Part shown: in pieces, positions 16,479 to 16,974 of the stretch
How positions within the stretch are numbered: position 1 is the first letter of the stretch
Layout of the letters: each line of letters starts with the position of its first letter
DNA from: Ramlibacter sp.
GTDB lineage: Bacteria; Pseudomonadota; Gammaproteobacteria; Burkholderiales; Burkholderiaceae_C
Assembly: GCA_035492155.1 (NCBI GenBank)
Contig: DATJJL010000385.1
Span: 1 to 16,974, forward strand
Length of the DNA stretch: 16,974 nt
Reading direction: 5' to 3'
Position numbers and translations under genes: made by a program
Notes under the pieces: generated by a model
Told to the model about the DNA's origin: nothing
What the model saw: the letters and a program-made list of their open reading frames with translations, nothing else
Database searches by the model: none

Positions 16479-16974
16479 GGCAAAGTCCTTGTTCAAACTG
16501 ACCAGTCTCAACCTGAATGGCATCCGGTCGGCCGCCAGCAAAGGTGTCGAGGCCTGGATTGCAAAATCCAGACCGAATTGTATTTGCGTGCAGGAGGTAA
16601 AAGCACAGGCCGCCGACGTCGAGGGCCGCTTCGAAGAGCTGGCGGGCCTGCGCGGCCACTTCCATTTCGCCCAGAAGAAGGGCTATTCGGGCGTGGGCGT
16701 GTATTCGATGCATGAGCCCAGCGACGTGCTCGTCGGATTCGGCTCGCAAGAGTTCGACGCCGAGGGCCGCTGGGTGGAGTTGCGCTTCGACACGCCGGCG
16801 CGCAAGTTCTCCGTCATCAGCTGCTACTTTCCTAGCGGCTCCTCGGGCGAGGAGCGCCAGCAGGCCAAGTTCCGCTTTCTCGACCAGATGGACCCGCACC
16901 TGGTCGAACTGAAGAAGACGCGCGACTTCGTCCTGTGCGGCGACGTGAACATCGCCCATCGCGAGCAGGACCTG
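16477..16974 (+). CDS. xthA: exodeoxyribonuclease III (ExoIII/APE1 family), 5' partial (runs off the window end)
   Basis: Not in the ORF track because it is open-ended, so I translated it by hand in the frame ending at 16974. The product is MAKSLFKLTSLNLNGIRSAASKGVEAWIAKSRPNCICVQEVKAQ...KKGYSGVGVYS...SVISCYFPSGSSGEERQQAKFRFLD...FVLCGDVNIAHREQDL. These are the typical ExoIII motifs (NxNG, QExK, GDxN). The start could instead be TTG 16489 or CTG 16498. Confidence 0.85.
   Translation, partial: MAKSLFKLTSLNLNGIRSAASKGVEAWIAKSRPNCICVQEVKAQAADVEGRFEELAGLRGHFHFAQKKGYSGVGVYSMHEPSDVLVGFGSQEFDAEGRWVELRFDTPARKFSVISCYFPSGSSGEERQQAKFRFLDQMDPHLVELKKTRDFVLCGDVNIAHREQDL

Noticed and set aside
16554-16571. 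Hairpin CTGGATT-gcaa-AATCCAG
   Set aside because: It lies inside the xthA coding sequence (…AWIAKSR…). The stem is short and AT-rich, and nothing in the context suggests a function.
15790-16959. 389-aa ORF 15790..16959(-), spanning pyrE and xthA
   Set aside because: It is out of frame with pyrE and antisense to xthA, with Arg/Gly/Ala-rich composition. Both real genes are identified by catalytic motifs.

Overview
GC-rich chromosomal window with 21 supported CDSs. The synteny looks betaproteobacterial (Burkholderiales or Comamonadaceae-like); that assignment is an inference. No rRNA, tRNA or CRISPR was seen.

Most of the window is housekeeping. On the minus strand: mreB-mreC-mreD-(insert)-mrdA and pyrE-DUF4124. 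On the plus strand: gatC-gatA-gatB and a 5' fragment of xthA, which runs off the window end and is absent from the ORF track. The left half is more accessory:
- a GNAT acetyltransferase preceded by two small orphan genes
- an orphan periplasmic solute-binding protein
- a LemA/TPM/TPM envelope module
- an NTF2-like protein
- a YheT-type alpha/beta hydrolase
- a DUF6328-like membrane protein

The most unusual signal is a family of structured inverted-repeat elements. Each arm is ACAGCCGAAC followed by phased CGCA[A/G]AG heptamers spaced 9/11/9 nt. One copy (8838-9257) encloses a shortened GxxExxY / PD-(D/E)XK-like gene and sits in the short spacer between mreD and mrdA, inside the cell-shape operon. 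A second copy with no cargo gene (4011-4116) straddles the start codon of the secreted TPM-domain gene, and one of its arms encodes most of that protein's signal peptide. Many long ORFs in the track are antisense or out-of-frame high-GC artefacts and were rejected.
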